From a virus (Duplodnaviria; Heunggongvirae; Uroviricota; Caudoviricetes), in IMG/VR virus record IMGVR_UViG_2713897055_000013: a stretch of DNA of 6,783 bases; one strand, 5' to 3'. Numbering within the stretch: the stretch's first letter is position 1; each line of letters opens with the position of its first letter. Below are positions 5,176 through 6,783 of this stretch, piece after piece. A program made the translations under genes and the position numbers. Under the pieces are notes generated by a model. The model had not been told where the DNA came from and did no database searches. It saw nothing but the letters and a program-made list of their open reading frames with translations.

Positions 5176-5202
5176 TATAAAAAAAGCGGCATTTCTGCCG
5201 CT
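5176..5202 (-). terminator. Intrinsic terminator downstream of the integrase / small ORF unit
   Basis: Perfect 7-bp stem AGCGGCA (5185-5191) / TGCCGCT (5196-5202), loop TTTC; on the minus strand it is followed by T7 (plus A-run 5179-5185). Confidence 0.55.
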
Positions 5203-5212
5203 TTCAGGATTG

Positions 5213-5464
5213 TTACCGCCATTTTTTTGGCCTGCCTCCGGTCTTCATGGATGCCGGACGTACAACCTTATCAATACTTACAGCCAGATTTCTGGAAGCC
5301 CCACGGGATACCAGGAAATCTACTACCTGTTTTTTTGATGGGGCCGTCGTTCTGTCCTCCGGATCGTAGGTTGACCAAAATTCATGCTGAACCATCAGGG
5401 CCAGTTGCAGCCCGTCGCAATTGCATCTGAAATTTGTTTGCATCTTAACAGTTTCATTTTTCAA
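5213..5464 (-). CDS. Hypothetical small ORF between integrase and terminator (weak; TTG start in the track, in-frame ATG at 5441-5443)
   Basis: ORF ends just before the minus-strand terminator, but neither start has a convincing SD and no family is recognised. Confidence 0.3.
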   Translation of the reverse strand: MKNETVKMQTNFRCNCDGLQLALMVQHEFWSTYDPEDRTTAPSKKQVVDFLVSRGASRNLAVSIDKVVRPASMKTGGRPKKWR

Positions 5465-5541
5465 GGCCTCGTCGTTAAATGTGATGCAATTATACGACGG
5501 TTTTAAATGGTTTTCGTAGTTTTTACTGGTTTTCTGTACAG

Positions 5542-6783
5542 CTAAACGGCTCGGATACCCCTTTTACCACTGGCGAGGGTTACGCCCGTCGCCGCAGCCT
5601 CGACAAATTCGCCCCACCAGCGCATAAGCACGATGCGTTTTTCTATGTAGTTGCTCCGGTTGTATGCCCGTCTGACTTCGTTGGTGTCGACGTGGGCAAG
5701 TGCGGCCTCTATTACGTCCGGCTCAAAGCCTTCTTCGTTCGCTGCTGTGCTGAATATGGCGCGTAATCCATGAGACACCAGCACGCCAGCGAATCCCATG
5801 CGTCGTAATGCTGCGTTAGCGGTCTGGCTGTTCATCGGCTGCTGTGGGTCTTTCAGACTCGGGAAAACATAATCGCGGTGGTGGCTGATTGGTTTCATAG
5901 CCTCCAGCACTGCCATAGCCTGGTCACAAAGCGGGATAACGTGGTCGCGGCGCATCTTCATGCGTCCGGCGGGTATGGTCCAGCGTTGCGCTTCCATGTC
6001 GATTTCTTCCCAGCGTGCCGACGATGCTTCAACGGGACGGGTTACGGTCAGTAACTGCCATTCAATCAGTAATCTGGTCTGCCGTTCTGTTGCCGATACT
6101 GATAAAGCCTGCATAAGCTCCGGCAGCTGTTCGGGGCGGATTGTTGGCATATGTTTTTTTACAGGGGAGGGGAACGCCTTACGCACATTCATAGCCGGAT
6201 TGGCATCAATCATCCCACTATTGGCGGCGTAATCCATTACCTCATTTATACGCTGTAAAACTCGCTTGAGCGTTTCCAGGTTGCCACGTTCCTTGATGGG
6301 GGTAAGCACCTCAACGAACCTGCGAGCGGTCAGGGTGTCTATTGGCGTGTTGCCGATGAACGGGAATACATATTTTTCCAGCGATCGCCAGATGTCTTTA
6401 ATCGTATTGGGGGCCAGATTCTGGCTGATTTTCACCTGGTACCATGCTGTTGCCACATTTTCGAACGTGTTCCCTTGTCTTCGGGCCTCTGTCTCTCTTT
6501 TTTGCCTCTCGTGGTCCTGTGGGTCAGTTCCGGCACGAATTAACGCCCTGTACTCGCTACGGCGTTTTCTGGCATCAGCCAGGGAAACATCATCAAGCGA
6601 TCCAAAACTCAGCAATATTCTTTTTTTGTCCGATGGTCGGTAGTAGGAAAATCTCCAGAGTTTTGATCCGGACGGTTTGATCAGGAGAAAAAGCCCTCCG
6701 CCGTCCTGTAGGGTGTATTCCTTTTCTGCTGGTCTGGCTGCTTTGATCTGTACTGTGGTTAATGGGGGTGTTTTTCTCGCCAT
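5542..6783 (-). CDS. int: Tyrosine recombinase, P4-type integrase (N-terminal arm-binding domain plus C-terminal catalytic domain), 413 aa
   Basis: N-terminus MARKTPPLTTVQIKAARPAEKEYTLQDGGGLFLLIKPSGSKLWRFSYYRP matches the characteristic start of P4-family integrases. C-terminal HGLRAIFST (H-x-x-R) and a terminal RAYNRSNY block fit the catalytic region. ATG is 6781-6783, so upstream signals and the att site are outside the window. Confidence 0.9.
   Translation of the reverse strand: MARKTPPLTTVQIKAARPAEKEYTLQDGGGLFLLIKPSGSKLWRFSYYRPSDKKRILLSFGSLDDVSLADARKRRSEYRALIRAGTDPQDHERQKRETEARRQGNTFENVATAWYQVKISQNLAPNTIKDIWRSLEKYVFPFIGNTPIDTLTARRFVEVLTPIKERGNLETLKRVLQRINEVMDYAANSGMIDANPAMNVRKAFPSPVKKHMPTIRPEQLPELMQALSVSATERQTRLLIEWQLLTVTRPVEASSARWEEIDMEAQRWTIPAGRMKMRRDHVIPLCDQAMAVLEAMKPISHHRDYVFPSLKDPQQPMNSQTANAALRRMGFAGVLVSHGLRAIFSTAANEEGFEPDVIEAALAHVDTNEVRRAYNRSNYIEKRIVLMRWWGEFVEAAATGVTLASGKRGIRAV

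Larger units (their letters stand above)
1..6783 (-). mobile_element. Internal segment of an integrated P4-integrase-type island (PICI/phage-satellite-like); neither end (att sites) is in the window
   Basis: Gene content and order on one strand: integrase, AlpA-like, small regulators, replication ATPase followed by iterons, then a protease typical of capsid morphogenesis. Classification is inference from architecture. Confidence 0.55.

Noticed and set aside
5164-5430. Plus-strand ORF of 88 aa
   Set aside because: Its start lies inside the terminator hairpin at 5185-5202 and it runs antisense to the small ORF downstream of int.
5960-6680. Plus-strand ORFs 5960..6232, 6266..6643 and 6444..6680
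   Set aside because: Antisense within the integrase gene, which is strongly supported.

Overview
This window reads as the interior of an integrated mobile island of the P4-integrase / PICI-satellite type, probably from an enterobacterium. Almost all credible genes are on the minus strand and run right to left. From the right edge: a 413-aa tyrosine integrase whose ATG is the last three bases of the window (5542..6783); a weak small ORF and an intrinsic terminator; an AlpA/excisionase-like gene split by a frameshift at an A8 run; a convergent plus-strand module (ribbon-helix-helix protein, small ORF, terminator); then a tightly coupled leftward operon of four small unknown genes, a 99-aa gene and a 469-aa RecA-fold (AAA_25/RepA-like) ATPase. 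Downstream of the ATPase lie an iteron-like CTCAC(T)n repeat array (probable island origin), a 91-aa ORF, a PerC-family regulator and terminators. At the left edge a second operon begins with a small gene coupled to a ClpP-fold, prohead-type protease that runs off the window. I recognise no rRNA, tRNA, CRISPR array or transposase. The most unusual content is an AT-rich two-gene cassette (3286..3750) embedded in the operon, two A-run slippery sites placed exactly where reading frames switch, and a dense repeat operator in the divergent control region. All family assignments are by motif recognition by eye; no database search or folding calculation was possible.
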